Positions 45,744 to 58,309 of a stretch of 59,630 nucleotides of DNA are shown one piece after another; position 1 is the first letter of the stretch, and the number at the start of each line of letters is the position of its first letter. The notes under the pieces are model-generated. The model saw only the letters and a list, made by a program, of their open reading frames with translations, was not told the origin of the DNA and searched no databases. Position numbers and translations under genes: made by a program. The stretch is from NCBI GenBank assembly GCA_002269645.1, contig NIVC01004118.1:1-59630 (forward strand), given 5' to 3'. The stretch comes from Macrostomum lignano. Lineage: Eukaryota.

Positions 45744-48700
45744 ATGTCGTCGAAGGGATTGATCTTTGGCCTGCTGCTCCAGCTGCTCCTTCTGTGCAGC
45801 AGCTGCTTCGGCGCAGGGCAGCAGCGGCAGACTCCTGAGCTGAACCAAGCAGCAATTCGAGCTGTCCTCGAAGCCGCCATGCGCTGTCAGAACCTGCCGC
45901 AGGTGCACACAGCCGTGGTACACGCAGGCATTCACCTTTACAGCTTCCGGCTGCAGCTGCACTCGAACGGTTCGGTGACTGACATCCCCGAGGACTCCGT
46001 GCTGCTGCCGCTGGCCTCAATCAGCAAGGGAATGTTCTCTACAGCGCTGCCCTTCGTTCAGAAACAGCTGCAGGCCGACAGGAACGATCCCAATTTTGAG
46101 TGAGTGTCGGCTTCATGAACTAATTAAAAGTTAATTAAAATTTGGATTTTTCTCGACTACCTATTCTCTGACGCACCTACCGATAGCCAAGCTTCTCTCA
46201 GACACATCTACCGATAGCCAAACTTATCTCAGACACATCTACCGATAGCCAAACTTATCTCAGACACATCTACCGATAGCCAAACTTATCTCAGACACAT
46301 CTACCGATAGCCAAACTTATCTCAGACACATCTACCGATAGCCAAACTTATCTCAGACACATCTACCGATAGCCAAACTTATCTCAGACACATCTACCGA
46401 TAGCCAAACTTATCTCAGACACATCTACCGATAGCCAAACTTATCTCAGACACATCTACCGATAGCCAAACTTATCTCAGACACATCTACCGATAGCCAA
46501 ACTTATCTCAGACACATCTACCGATAGCCAAGCTTCGCTAAGACAAACCTACTGTAAATATAGACCGATTGTAATATTACTCAACTTTAAATAAACTTAA
46601 ATGAGAGTAAAGTATTCAAATCTATACATTCAATACTCCAAATTCGCAGTCTCCTGACAACCCCCATCAAGCAGCTGCTTGGTGACAGCGACTTCTGGTT
46701 CTTAGATCACGTGCGCACCGACGAGGTGACAATCGAGGACCTGACCAGCCACACAACGGGTCTAAGCAGGCACGACGCTCTGTCCCTCTGGTCCGGCATC
46801 AAGACAAAGGCGGAGCTCGCTGAACTCACCGGGCGGTTTAACGCTACGGGCACTTTCAGAGGCTCGTTCATCTACAATAACCTGGTGTGGACCATCGCGG
46901 ATCTGACTGTTGAACGCCTCACTGGCATGAATTTCACGGCCTATATGCGCAAGTTTCTGTGGCAACCGCTGGGCATGAACGGCGCGGTTGGCAGCTCTGA
47001 GGTGGACGCGCGCGGCCTGGTCGCCAAGCTGTTCCGGTCGTCGAAGCACTTCGGCTCAGGACCGGTGCCATTTGAACGCACCGATTTGGAGAGGTTGGAG
47101 TCGATATTTTTACAACTTTCCGCTGTATTGTTGACAAACACGCTCAGAGGGGTTCATTATGTATAACCCTGCACTTGGAATTAGACTGCTGATGACCTTA
47201 ATTGTGCGTTTCAAACACCGTCTACCGAACAGTAGCAAGAAAAGAATGAAGTGAATCCCTCATAGTGTTTAAAAAAATCGCACTGATAATGAAGTAGAAA
47301 TTTTAACGTGTATCCACAAGGTTTGAAGACCAATTCACCCGGTCCATAATCTCGTTATGCACGTTACGTCACAGTTTTACTGGCTGTTCTGTTTTTCCTT
47401 TCAGAACCTTGGACATTGTGGAGGCCGCAGGTGGCATCTACGCTCCACTAGGCGACATGGTGAAGTACATGCAGCACCACACCGCCGCAAACTATTCGAG
47501 TTTCCTGCCGCCGCCGCCGCCATTCAAGTCTGTCAACGGGTTCAATGCTGGACCAGCGTTCGATCCGCGGCTGCTGAACTACTCGAATGTCAGGCTGGCT
47601 GACCTGCCCGACATCGACACCGAGTCCTATGGGCACGGCTGGAGCCGCCAGTGGTACAGGGGTGAGCACTGAGGCACTGCTTTTACAGATTCCAGCAGAA
47701 ACAATTTCAGATGGATCCCTACAGTTCCCTTTCAGGTTCCTTTCAGGTTCCTTTCAGGTTCCTTTCAAATCCTTTCAAATCCTTTTAGATCCCTTCAGAT
47801 TCCTTCAGATCCCTTCAGCTTCCTTTAGATTCTTTAGATCCCTTCAGATCCTTTCAGCTACCTTCAGCTCTCTTCAGTTCCCTTCAGCTCTCTTCAGCTC
47901 CCTTCAACTCCGTTCAGCTCCTTTCAACTTTCAGCTTTCAGCTTTCAGCTTTCAGCTTTCAGCTTTCAGCTTCCTTTAGCTCCCTTCAGATCCCTTCAAA
48001 CCCCCTTCAGATCTCTTCGGATCCCTACAGATCCCTACAGCTTCCATCTCCCACCTGCACTGCAGACAGTCTGTCCTACGAGCACTCCGGCTCCGTGTTT
48101 GACGCCAACTGCCACCTGCGGGTACTACCGAAGCGCCGCCTCTCTGTGTTCGCCCACACCAGCCTGGGCCGGTCCGACTCGCCCTCACAGTCCACCTACG
48201 CCAACATTGTCAGCCAGTACATCACGGACCTGCTGTTGCAGAATTCCTCATATGTAACCCAGGAGAATGTGTGCTCGCTGCTCAGAGATAACTCTGCCGA
48301 ACCGCCAATTGTTGTACCGAGACGGTTGCTGAGCCAGGCTGATTTGCAGACCTGCGTTGGAAGGTGGGCTGTTAAATTTATTGGATCAGGTGTAGAATTG
48401 TTTAAAGCTTCTTGAGTTGACTTACAGGATTTGAAGCACCATGAATTGACCTACAGTATTTTGAGCATCATGAGTTGACTCACAGGACTTGAAGCATCAT
48501 GAGCTGACTCACAGGACTTGAAGCATCATGAGTTGACTCACAGGACTTGAAGCATCATGAGTTGACTTACAGGACTTGAAGCATCATGAGTTGACTTACA
48601 GGACTTGAAGCGTCATGAGTTGACTCACAGGACTTGAAGCGTCATGAGTTGACTCACAGGACTTGAAGCATCATGAGTTGACTCACAGGACTTGAAGCAT

Positions 48701-51700
48701 CATGAGTTGACTCACAGGACTTGAAGCATCATGAGTTGACTTACAGGACTTGAAGCGTCATGAGTTGACTCACAGGACTTGAAGCATCATGAGTTGACTC
48801 ACAGGACTTGAAGCATCATGAGTTGACTTACAGGACTTGAAGCGTCATGAGTTGACTCACAGGACTTGAAGCATCATGAGTTGACTTACAGGACTTGAAG
48901 CGTCATGAGTTGACTCACAGGACTTGAAGCGTCATGAGTTGACTCACAGGACTTGAAGCATCGTGAGTTGACTCACAGGACTTGAAACATCATGAGTTGA
49001 CTTACAGGACTTGAAGCATCATGAGTTGACTTACAGGACTTGAAGCGTCATGAGTTGACTCACAGGACTTGAAGCACCATGAGTTGACTTACAGGACTTG
49101 AAGCGTCATGAGTTGATAAGTCTATAAACTTTCGAAACCATTTTGAGCTGAACGAATCGCTGTAGCTGGAAATTATCTTTGTCCAGTTTTTGCTTTAAAA
49201 ACAGAAAAAATGTGAATTTGTATTCTTCCAAGGTTTGCTTTCTCGGGAGGGGTGTAGCCCAGTGGTCTGGCGCGGCGCTCTGATGTACCAGCGGCCCAGG
49301 CTCGATTCCAAGTGCAAGTCACATTAATCTAAATATACTAAATCTCTAAGGTTTTCTAAATATACTAAATCTCTAAGGTTTGTATGTTTGAATGCTTGTC
49401 CATAACGCTCTAGAGACTGCAATTCTCGACCGATTTTGATCGCGTTTTCGCCAAAAGATTCGTAATCAGCCTGGGATTGTATGGTTAAAATTTCTTGTAT
49501 CTGCTTCAATGCTAAAGGGATTAAATATTCGAAAAACGGTTTTAAATGGGCAAATTCAATGTATTTTTTATCAAACTGCTCGCAGCGATAGAATTCACAG
49601 CCAATTTTAATGATTGCGCCAGAGCCAACTGATCAGAAAACTCAGTGAGCCCCACTGCCCAGATAATTACTTTATTTAAATTGCGCAACCATACCAGGGG
49701 TCAAAAATAAAATTACTCTGAATGCTGGGCATATTCTAAAACTCTAATCTATGTCCATGTAAAACGCTCTACAGACTGCAATTCTTGACCAATTTTGATC
49801 GCGTTTTCGCCAAAACATTCAAAATTGTCTGAAAAGAAGACAGTTAAAATTTCTTGTAGGTGCTTTAATGTTAAAGGTATTAAATATTCGAAAAACGAGC
49901 TTTTCGAATGCTTTTAATAAAAGGCCAAGCAAGGTTGAATTCTTGACTGGCTGAATTTTCATTCTAATTATAATTGCGCCACAACTGCGTTCTGCATATT
50001 CTCGCTATAAACTGACTCTGAGCTTTTTAGGTGGACGCAGTGTGCCAAGAATTGCGCAAGCATTTAACTGCTCAGTGGCTGTGTGTGCATTCTTCTGACC
50101 CTGGCTGAATGGCTCCGTCAGAACCAAACCTGAGCACACTGAGCATGCCTAACACTGCTATGTATTTGACTGCAATGTCGAAGCATATATGGCTGATTTT
50201 TGCGCCCTTCCATCAGTAGGCGGAATAGCCGCAGTGTAGGCACTAGGACTAGGTTTAGGCTAGGCGTAAGGTCCCAGGTTCGAGTCCACCTACTCGGTGG
50301 ATAATTAAAACAAATTAATTCATTCATTTGTAGCTTGTGACTCGACTGAATATAACATATTTTTTATTAATTTTAATTCCAACATTTTTTTTTAATGCAA
50401 ATTAATTTTTGCTACTTGGCACAAGCCACTTACCAAATTTGATTTAAAAAACTGCTTCGTGTATTACTGATCCCATCAATGAGTACTGCCTAGCTCCATG
50501 AAAGTATGAAATTGCTATTAAACTGCAGACTTTTCTGCTAAAATTGGTTATAAGTATTGCTAAATTTTGAGCTTTTTAAGAATGCCGATATGAATTGAAA
50601 ATTGATTAGTGAGCCGTAAAATGCTGAGCACATTTTTATATTATTGGAGATGAGAACTGCAGATGCTGAGGGGAACTGCAGATTGTCGAAGCTATCATTC
50701 ATGCACAGTGGATACTTGCAGGCTGCTAAGAGTATGACTGCAGTCTGTTTGCGGGATTAGAAGTGATAGCTAATTTCAGGTTGTTGTGGAGATAACTGCC
50801 GATTTCTGGGGGAGGGGTTAACTTCAAACTGCTGAAGTTACTAAACCTCTTGAATAGTATAAGGCTTTTAGTAGAAGGTCGGAAGCTCGAGTCTACATTG
50901 GAGCAGCGAATTTATCTTTGTGACAATAATCATTGTTTTTTATGAGGATTCATGCCAATTTTTCACATTTTAATTTTGTAGATACTTTTGCTGGGGCTAC
51001 GCTAAGCTTTAAGAGCAGCGCTAATCGGGGAGAGCAGTGCTAATCTGATGTACAAAATAAAATAATAAATATGTAAGGGGATTACAAATCAACTTTAACC
51101 TGCAAGTTGCAAAAACATTTCCAATTGTTTCGATTATCCAGAAGAAACATGGCCATAGGCAAATATTAGTGCTGTGCTGGTGAAGCATTGCTGAAATGGT
51201 GGTGAACCATTGCTGAAATGCTGGTGAACCATTACTAAACTGCAGAAAGCTATTGTGAATTGTATTATTTTAATACAAACTTCTTTTAGAAAGAAGAAAA
51301 TGCAACGCAAGAAAAAGCGAACAAGAATCATCATGTTAATCATAAAAGAAGCGCTCTGTCGAATGTAAAAGTCTCATAGGCAATTGTGAAGACTGTTAAG
51401 ATCGCTAAGACTATTGCTACGAGCACAATGCTGCTATGACAAATTGCTGTGATATCAAGACTCATGGGAGAATTTATAAGATCTCAAGACTCAAGGGGAA
51501 TTGCTATAATTACGAGTGTATGTCATTCTGGAGAGAATTTCTTTGATTTCAAGGTTCATTTGTCAAACTTCTGGGGTATCAAGGCTCATTAAAAATGCTT
51601 TGCTGTCAAGGCCTATACGCTCGTAGAGATAACTACTGGAATGCTGTGGCTGTTTTCGGAATTGCCGACATTGTTAGGGTAAGAGTAAGGCGTAAACCAT

Positions 51701-54700
51701 AAATGAATTGGCCTTTCAAACGTAAGACTCATCGAGGAATGTCATAGCTCATGGGGATATCTGAATTATACTGTGGCTCAAGGAGCTCATGGGGGATATC
51801 TGAATTGTACTGTGGCTCAAGGAGCTCATGGGGGATATCTGAATTATACTGTGGCTCAAGGAGCTCATGGGGGATATCTGAATTATACTGTGGCTCAAGG
51901 AGCTCATGGGGGATATCTGAATTATACTGTGGCTCAAGGAGCTCATGGGGGATATCTGAATTATACTGTGGCTCAAGGAGCTCATGGGGGATATCTGAAT
52001 TATACTGTGGCTCAAGGAGCTCATGGGGGATATCTGAATTATACTGTGGCTCAAGGAGCTCATGGGGGATATCTGAATTATACTGTGGCTCAAGGAGCTC
52101 ATGGGGGATATCTGAATTATACTGTGGCTCAAGGAGCTCATGGGGGATATCTGAATTATACTGTGGCTCAAGGAGCTCATGGGGGATATCTGAATTATAC
52201 TGTGGCTCAAGGAGCTCATGGGGGATATCTGAATTATACTGTGGCTCAAGGAGCTCATGGGGGATATCTGAATTATACTGTGGCTCAAGGAGCTCATGGG
52301 GGATATCTGAATTATACTGTGGCTCAAGGAGCTCATGGGGGATATCTGAATTATACTGTGGCTCAAGGAGCTCATGGGGGATATCTGAATTATACTGTGG
52401 CTCAAGGAGCTCATGGGGGATATCTGAATTATACTGTGGCTCAAGGAGCTCATGGGGGATATCTGAATTATACTGTGGCTCAAGGAGCTCATGGGGGATA
52501 TCTGAATTATACTGTGGCTCAAGGAGCTCATGGGGGATATCTGAATTATACTGTGGCTCAAGGAGCTCATGGGGGATATCTGAATTATACTGTGGCTCAA
52601 GGAGCTCATGGGGATATCTGAATTATACTGTGGCTCAAGGAGCTCATGGGGGATATCTGAATTATACTGTGGCTCAAGGAGCTCATGGGGGATATCTGAA
52701 TTATACTGTGGCTCAAGGAGCTCATGGGGGATATCTGAATTATACTGTGGCTCAAGGAGCTCATGGGGGATATCTGAATTATACTGTGGCTCAAGGAGCT
52801 CATGGGGGATATCTGAATTATACTGTGGCTCAAGGAGCTCATGGGGGATATCTGAATTATACTGTGGCTCAAGGAGCTCATGGGGGATATCTGAATTATA
52901 CTGTGGCTCAAGGCTCAACAGGAATTGCTGTGATCGCAATACATGTGAATGTGGCCAAAATTTATGGCTCAAATAGGAGTTTCTAAGATGTCAAAGCTTA
53001 CGGTGGGATTCCTGTAATGCTTTAGGCTGTGACTCTGCTGAGATGCTAAGATTCACAGGGAAATGACCGGGATTTCAAAGGCTTCTAAAGGAAATAGCTG
53101 AAATTCACTAAATGTCAAGGTTCATTAGGTAATTGCTAAAATGCAAGTGCCAAAATATCAAAAGGATAGTCGCTCAATTTTCAGGCTCATGGGGAAATTG
53201 CTAACATTTCCAAAGCTCATTGGGGAATTGCTGAAATCCGGCTGCAGGTTAAGGGTTATGGTTTTGGTTCAGTTATAGAGCGATCGTCGTGTCAATCATT
53301 AATGATTCATCGAGGAATTGCTAAGATTAAATGCTTTTGGGGCGAATTACTTAAATGCTTTGGCTCTACGAGGAGTTGCTGACAGGTCAAGGCTTTCGGT
53401 AAAATTCAGGTTACAAAGCTTATAACTGAGGAGGTTACCTTAATGCTGAGACTCAAGGCTCATGGTGGAAATTGCTAACATGCCAAGACTTACTTCTGCG
53501 TTAGGGTTAGGGGCTTAGGTGAGTTTTGGTTCCATCTTAGATTAACGGCTGTCAACCATCAATTAAAGACTTGCTAAGATATCAAAGCTCATGGGGGAAT
53601 CGCTGAGTTACAAGGCTCATAAAGAAACTGCTGAATTATCAAGGCTTATAAGGGGATTGCTGAATTCTTGGAGAGGAGAGTCGGGTTGTTGGGATGTCAA
53701 GGCATACTGCGCTGGAAGACTTGCGTAGATGTCGAGGCTTGAGTTTAATTGCTGCGATGTCGAGGCTTAATGAGGGAACTGCTGAGACACCAAGGCTTTC
53801 TGGAGGAATTCTGAGATTTCAAGGCTTACTGGGGGAATTGCTGAATGGTTGAGATGTCAAGGCTTACTGGGGGATTGCTGAGATATCAAGGCTTACTGAG
53901 GGAATTGCTGATATGTCGAGGCTTACGAGGGGAATTGCTGAGGTGTCAAGGCTTACTGGGGGGAATTGCTGAGATGTCAAGTCCTACTGGGAATGGCTAA
54001 GATTTCAATGCTTACTGGGGGAATTACTGAGATGTCAAAGCTTACACTGGGAATTGCTGAGATCTCAGAGCATACTGAGGGAATTTCTGAGATGTCAAGG
54101 CTTACTGGGGAATTACTGAGATGTCAAAGCTTACTGGGGAATTGCTGAGATCTCAGAGCTTACGGGGCTAATTGCTGAGATCTCAAGGCTTTACTGGGGC
54201 AGTTGCTGAGATTTTAAGGCTTACTGGGGGAATTTCTGAGAGCTCAAGGCTTACTGGGGGAATTGCTGAGATCTCAGAGCTTACGGGGGAATTGCTGAGA
54301 AGTTAAGGCTTACTGGGGGAATGGCTGAGATGTCAAGGCTCATGGACGATGGCTGAATTGTTGGAGGGAGGGGGTTAGTTTGTTAGGCGATTGTCAGATA
54401 GTCACGTTGTACAGCTCAAGTAGCTCATGTGTCATGTAATTCAGATAATGAAATAGTACACACAAGTGATGCTGATTTCTGCTAATAGGATATACCAGTG
54501 CATTCATTAAAGCTTTGATTCTTTGATTTAGGCTAATATAGAGAGAGGGTCTAAGACCATCCAGGATTTGCATATTGAGCTCCTTCCAGTGACGATATTC
54601 AGTAATAGTTTGTGCTTGAAAGGATAAGCACTATTTGCTGATTTAGAAAGGGTTTTGGGCTGATGAAGGAAACTGTTTTGGCTGATGAAAGTTCTGATTC

Positions 54701-57700
54701 ATGGATGTTTATTTTTGCCGAAATGAGAAAAGGTAATTTTTGATTTATGGAAAACAACATTTTGGATACTTATAGTAAGGTTACTCTTGTGCCAAAATAA
54801 AAACCAATTGGTGTCATTTTCAAGGCTCCCCAGCGGGGGCTAAATGGCTAGTCCTATATACTAAAAATGGTCTGTCTGTGTCTATCTATCTATCTATCTA
54901 TCTATGTGATCGATTAGAGAAAAAATGGCTGGACCGATTTTGTTCGAACTTGCACTGTTCGATCAGAAATTTTCCCGTGACGGTACATGCATCGTGGCTA
55001 AGAAATTGCTCGATGCTAAAGGCATTAAATATTCGAAAAACATGCTTTTTTGCAAAGGTCAAGCAAACTTTTTGACTTGAAAAATGCATTGTAAGAATGC
55101 TAGAGAAAAAAATGACTGGTTGAATTCTGACTCTGAAATAGATTGCATCATAACTGAATTGTAACTCCGACTTGAATTGAAAATGCAGTGTGGAAGCGTA
55201 GCACCAGACTTGATTTAAATTGCGTAACCATATTGTTAACTGATACTGACTGACTGAGAAACTGATTATGTCATAACTGCTTCGTGTGATTTACTCTATG
55301 CTTGGATTTAAAAGTGTTGAGTTATATAAGTGCAAAAGTTGATGTTATCAAAACGATGAGAGCTAGCCTAAAGGTGAACAAATTGAACTGCTAAATGCAG
55401 TGACGATGGTTTGAATTTTCATAGAGTATAATTTTTTTTAATTAAAGCTTTTCAACGTCAGGAAAACTAAAAGACTTTTTAAAAAGAAGCGTCATGTAAA
55501 AATCATAGAAGCGTCATTTAAACAATCATAGAAGCGTCATGTAAAAATCATAGAAGCGTCATGTAAACAATCATAGAAGCGTCATGTAAAAATCATAGAA
55601 GCGTCATGTAAACAATCATAGAAGCGTCATGTAAACAATCATAGAAGCGTCATGTAAACAATCATAGAAGCGTCATGTAAACAATCATAGAAGCGTCATG
55701 TAAACAATCATAGAAGCGTCATGTAAAAATCATAGAAGCGTCAAGAAAACAATCATAGAAGCGTCATGTAAAAATCATTGAAGCGTCATGTAAACAACCA
55801 TAGAAGCGTCATATAAAACTCATAGAAGCGTCATGTAAAAAATCGTAGAAGCGTCATGTAAACAATCATAGAAGCGTCATGTAAACAATCATAGAAGCGT
55901 CATGTAAACAAGCATAGAAGCGTCATGTAAAAATCATAGAAGCGTCATGTAAAAATCATAGAAGCGTCAAGAAAAAATCATAGAAGCCTCATTTAAAACT
56001 AATGAAAGTGTCATTTAAAAAATTAAGAAGCGTCACGGTAGAATAAAAGAAACGTCATGTCAGACATGAAGGGTTCATGTAAAAATTAAATGCAACTATA
56101 ATGCTGTGCTGGGGAGAAAAACTGAGACGTCAAGGCTCACAGAGAATAACTGAGATTACGGGGGGGGGGTTTCTGAGATGTCAAAGCAAAAGTCAGAAGC
56201 TACTTCAAAGTTCATGTACTTTACTTTTTTTATTGCATTCTTTGTTGGCTCGTCACGGGGGGGCGCTGATAGAAGAAAAGTCATGTAAAAAATAAAAGTA
56301 GCACTATGTATACATAAAGAAAAGTCATGTCGAAGTTAAAAGATTCATTTGGGAATTGCTACGATGTCAAAGCTTGGTGGAAATCGTTATAGTGCTGTGA
56401 TTCTTAAAGAAAGAATCACTAAAATGTCAAGGCTTAGGGGAGAAGAATTGCTGAGATTTCAAGGCTTTAGGTTGGGTTAAAGTTAGGTTTAGGTCAGGTG
56501 TGGGTTGAGGGTTATATTTTATCGGGTTTCAAGGTTAACAGGGGATTTTTTAGATTTCAAGGTTTATGGGGGCCATTGCTGACATGTCAAGGCTTACGGG
56601 GGAATAGCTGAGATGTCAAGGCTCACGGGGTATAAATGAGATATCAAGGCTAAAGTCAGAAGCTACATGTAGTTTATTGAAAACTTTTTATTACATTATT
56701 TGATGCCTCCTCAGGGGAGGGATCGCTGATAAAAAAGCGTAATGTAAAAAATAAAAGAAGCTTCATGTCGAAGTTAAGAGATTCATTTGGGAATCCCTAC
56801 GATGTTGAGGCTTGCAAGGAATCGCTATAATGCTGCAGGGGCGTAGCCAGGAATTTTGTTTGGGGGGGGGCCTTGAGTTAGGGGGCGCCAGCTTCTTATA
56901 GGGGGGGCGCCAGTTTCTTGTAGGGGGGGCCAGTTTCTTTTAGGGGGGCGCCAGTTTCTTTTAGGGGGCGCCAGTTTCTTTTAGGGGGGGCCAGTTTATT
57001 TTAGGGCGGGCGCCAGTTTCTTATAGGGGGCGCCAGTTTCTTTTAGGAGGGGGGGCGCCAGTTTCTTTAAGGGGGCGCCAGTTTCTTTTAGGGGGGGGCG
57101 CCAAGGCCAGAGTTGGTGATTATGGGGGGGCCACGGCCCCCTTGCCCCCCCTCTGGTTACGCCCGTAATGCTGTAGTAGTGCTATAATGACTCTTAGAGA
57201 GAATTACTGAAATTTCAATGCTTTAGGGTTAGGGTTAGGGTTAGGGTTAGGCTAGGGTTAGGGTTAGAAGGTTGACAGATATTTTTAGATTTCCAAGGCT
57301 TATTGGGGGCATTGCTGAGATGTCAAGGGGGGAAGTTAATATGTTAAAGCTTGTGAGGGGGATAACTGACATGTCAAGGCTTACAAGGTTTGACAGGAGA
57401 TTTTTTAAGATTTTAAGGATACATGTAGCTTATTAAAAAAACTTGTATTGCATTTCTTTGGCTCCCCAACGGGGGGCGTAGATTGCTAGTTTGGGGCTAA
57501 ATTGGAATCTCGGCTTGGCTCTGCTCGTGCAATTAACGGCTATAGGACCAACCCCCCCCCCCAAGGCACAGTGAAGTGTACATGCCAAACGATAAAATAA
57601 AGTTAGGGCCACTGTACACTCCTGTGTGAGTGTGTGCCTGTGCGTATGACTGCGTACGTATAGTACGTACGTACGTAGCAAAGAATTTTGGTCGCTTTGA

Positions 57701-58037
57701 GATTTTTAAGCTTTTGAAAGTTTGAGCTTATGAAACGTCCCTTTGTTACACCATTTGATCCTCTAAAAGATGAAGGCTGCTCCAACCCTGCCCCCCCGCT
57801 CACAGCTTCGGCAACTACGGCTTCGGCACCGTGTCTGTGTCGGAGAACTCCACCAGCGGCTTGTTGAACGCCGCCTACGGCTCCGTGTTGTATGAACTGA
57901 CCCCCGTGCGACTGGCTGGGGACACCGAGTCCCAGTACAGCTTCTTCCTCGCCATCCTGCGGCCAGGCGGCTTCCCGCTGCCACCGCCGGTGCTCGGGTC
58001 CAATGCCAGTCACGTGACTCTCCAGCAGGCAGCCTGA
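45744..58037 (+). CDS. Secreted beta-lactamase-like (class C-type) serine hydrolase with a DUF3471-like C-terminus. Exons 45744-46099, 46650-47093, 47405-47661, 48066-48363, 57806-58037
   Basis: Signal peptide; SxxK (ASISK), LTSHTTGL, YxN (FIYNN), LGM, AAGGIYA, YGHGW and HSG motifs; all four introns GT-AG with matching phases; last exon VGSFGNYGFGTVSV. Confidence 0.88.
46190..46530. repeat. 31-bp minisatellite ACCGATAGCCAAACTTATCTCAGACACATCT, about 11 copies (intron 1)
   Basis: Direct periodicity. Confidence 0.95.
47715..48040. repeat. Pyrimidine-rich degenerate repeat (TTCAGATCCC / TTTCAGC) filling intron 3
   Basis: Recurrent TTCAG units. Confidence 0.85.
48410..49115. repeat. 29-bp minisatellite GAGTTGACTCACAGGACTTGAAGCATCAT, about 24 copies (intron 4)
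   Basis: Direct periodicity. Confidence 0.95.
49245..49320 (+). mobile_element. Degenerate tRNA-like SINE head
   Basis: A box TAGCCCAGTGG, B-like GGCTCGATTCC; no clean cloverleaf. Confidence 0.55.
50219..50300 (+). mobile_element. Degenerate tRNA-like SINE head
   Basis: A-box-like TAGCCGCAGTG and B box GGTTCGAGTCC. Confidence 0.5.
51748..52912. repeat. 39-bp minisatellite GGCTCAAGGAGCTCATGGGGGATATCTGAATTATACTGT, about 30 copies
   Basis: Direct periodicity; a 1-bp deletion near 52610. Confidence 0.97.
53760..54345. repeat. Degenerate ~30-bp satellite GAGATGTCAAGGCTTACTGGGGGAATTGCT
   Basis: Recurrent diverged monomers, also scattered over 51400-57400. Confidence 0.85.
55485..55990. repeat. 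22-23-bp minisatellite CATAGAAGCGTCATGTAAACAAT
   Basis: Direct periodicity. Confidence 0.95.
56836..57165. mobile_element. hAT-like MITE with an internal G-rich ~20-bp repeat
   Basis: TIR CAGGGGCGTAGCCAG / CTGGTTACGCCCG; perfect 8-bp TSD TAATGCTG on both sides. Confidence 0.85.
57223..57267 (+). repeat. Interstitial telomeric repeat (TTAGGG) x~7
   Basis: ttagggttagggttagggttagggttaggctagggttagggttag. Confidence 0.9.
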
Positions 58038-58309
58038 ACCCCCAGCTGGGCCAGCCGCTGACTCCGCTGTTCCTGCGAATCTCCTCAGCTGGTCAGGGAC
58101 AGCCGGTGGTGATCAACTCGCCGGCTTTCGAGGCCACGGCTCGATTGGAGAAGGGCCTGCAGCCCGACAGCTGGCGGCGGCCGGTTCTGTGCCCGGTGGA
58201 CCCAAGGCTGCGGGGGCGGTCACCGGACTCTGCTGGCGACGGCGGCGGCTGCGGTGGCGGCGACAGCGGCATTCAGCGGCTGAAGAAGCTGCTGAAGAAG
58301 CTGGAGATG

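Larger units (their letters stand above)
49328..54851 (+). mobile_element. Helitron-like non-autonomous element A carrying satellites
   Basis: 5' A|TC start TCTAAATATACTAAA (duplicated 27 bp), GACCGATTTTG motif, 3' hairpin CCCC-AGC-GGGG then CTAG at 54848-54851. Confidence 0.5.
54852..57489 (+). mobile_element. Helitron-like non-autonomous element B, directly tandem to element A
   Basis: Starts TCCTATATACTAAAAATGG, then (TCTA)n and CTGGACCGATTTTG; ends GGCTCCCCAACGGGGGGC hairpin + CTAG|T at 57486-57489. Confidence 0.6.

Noticed and set aside
45744-48363. Bacterial contamination or recent HGT of a beta-lactamase
   Set aside because: Four spliceosomal introns filled with host-type repeats and a eukaryotic signal peptide indicate a long-integrated host gene.
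51749-52986. 400-aa repetitive ORFs on both strands
   Set aside because: Stop-free 39-bp satellite inside intron 4 of the hydrolase gene.
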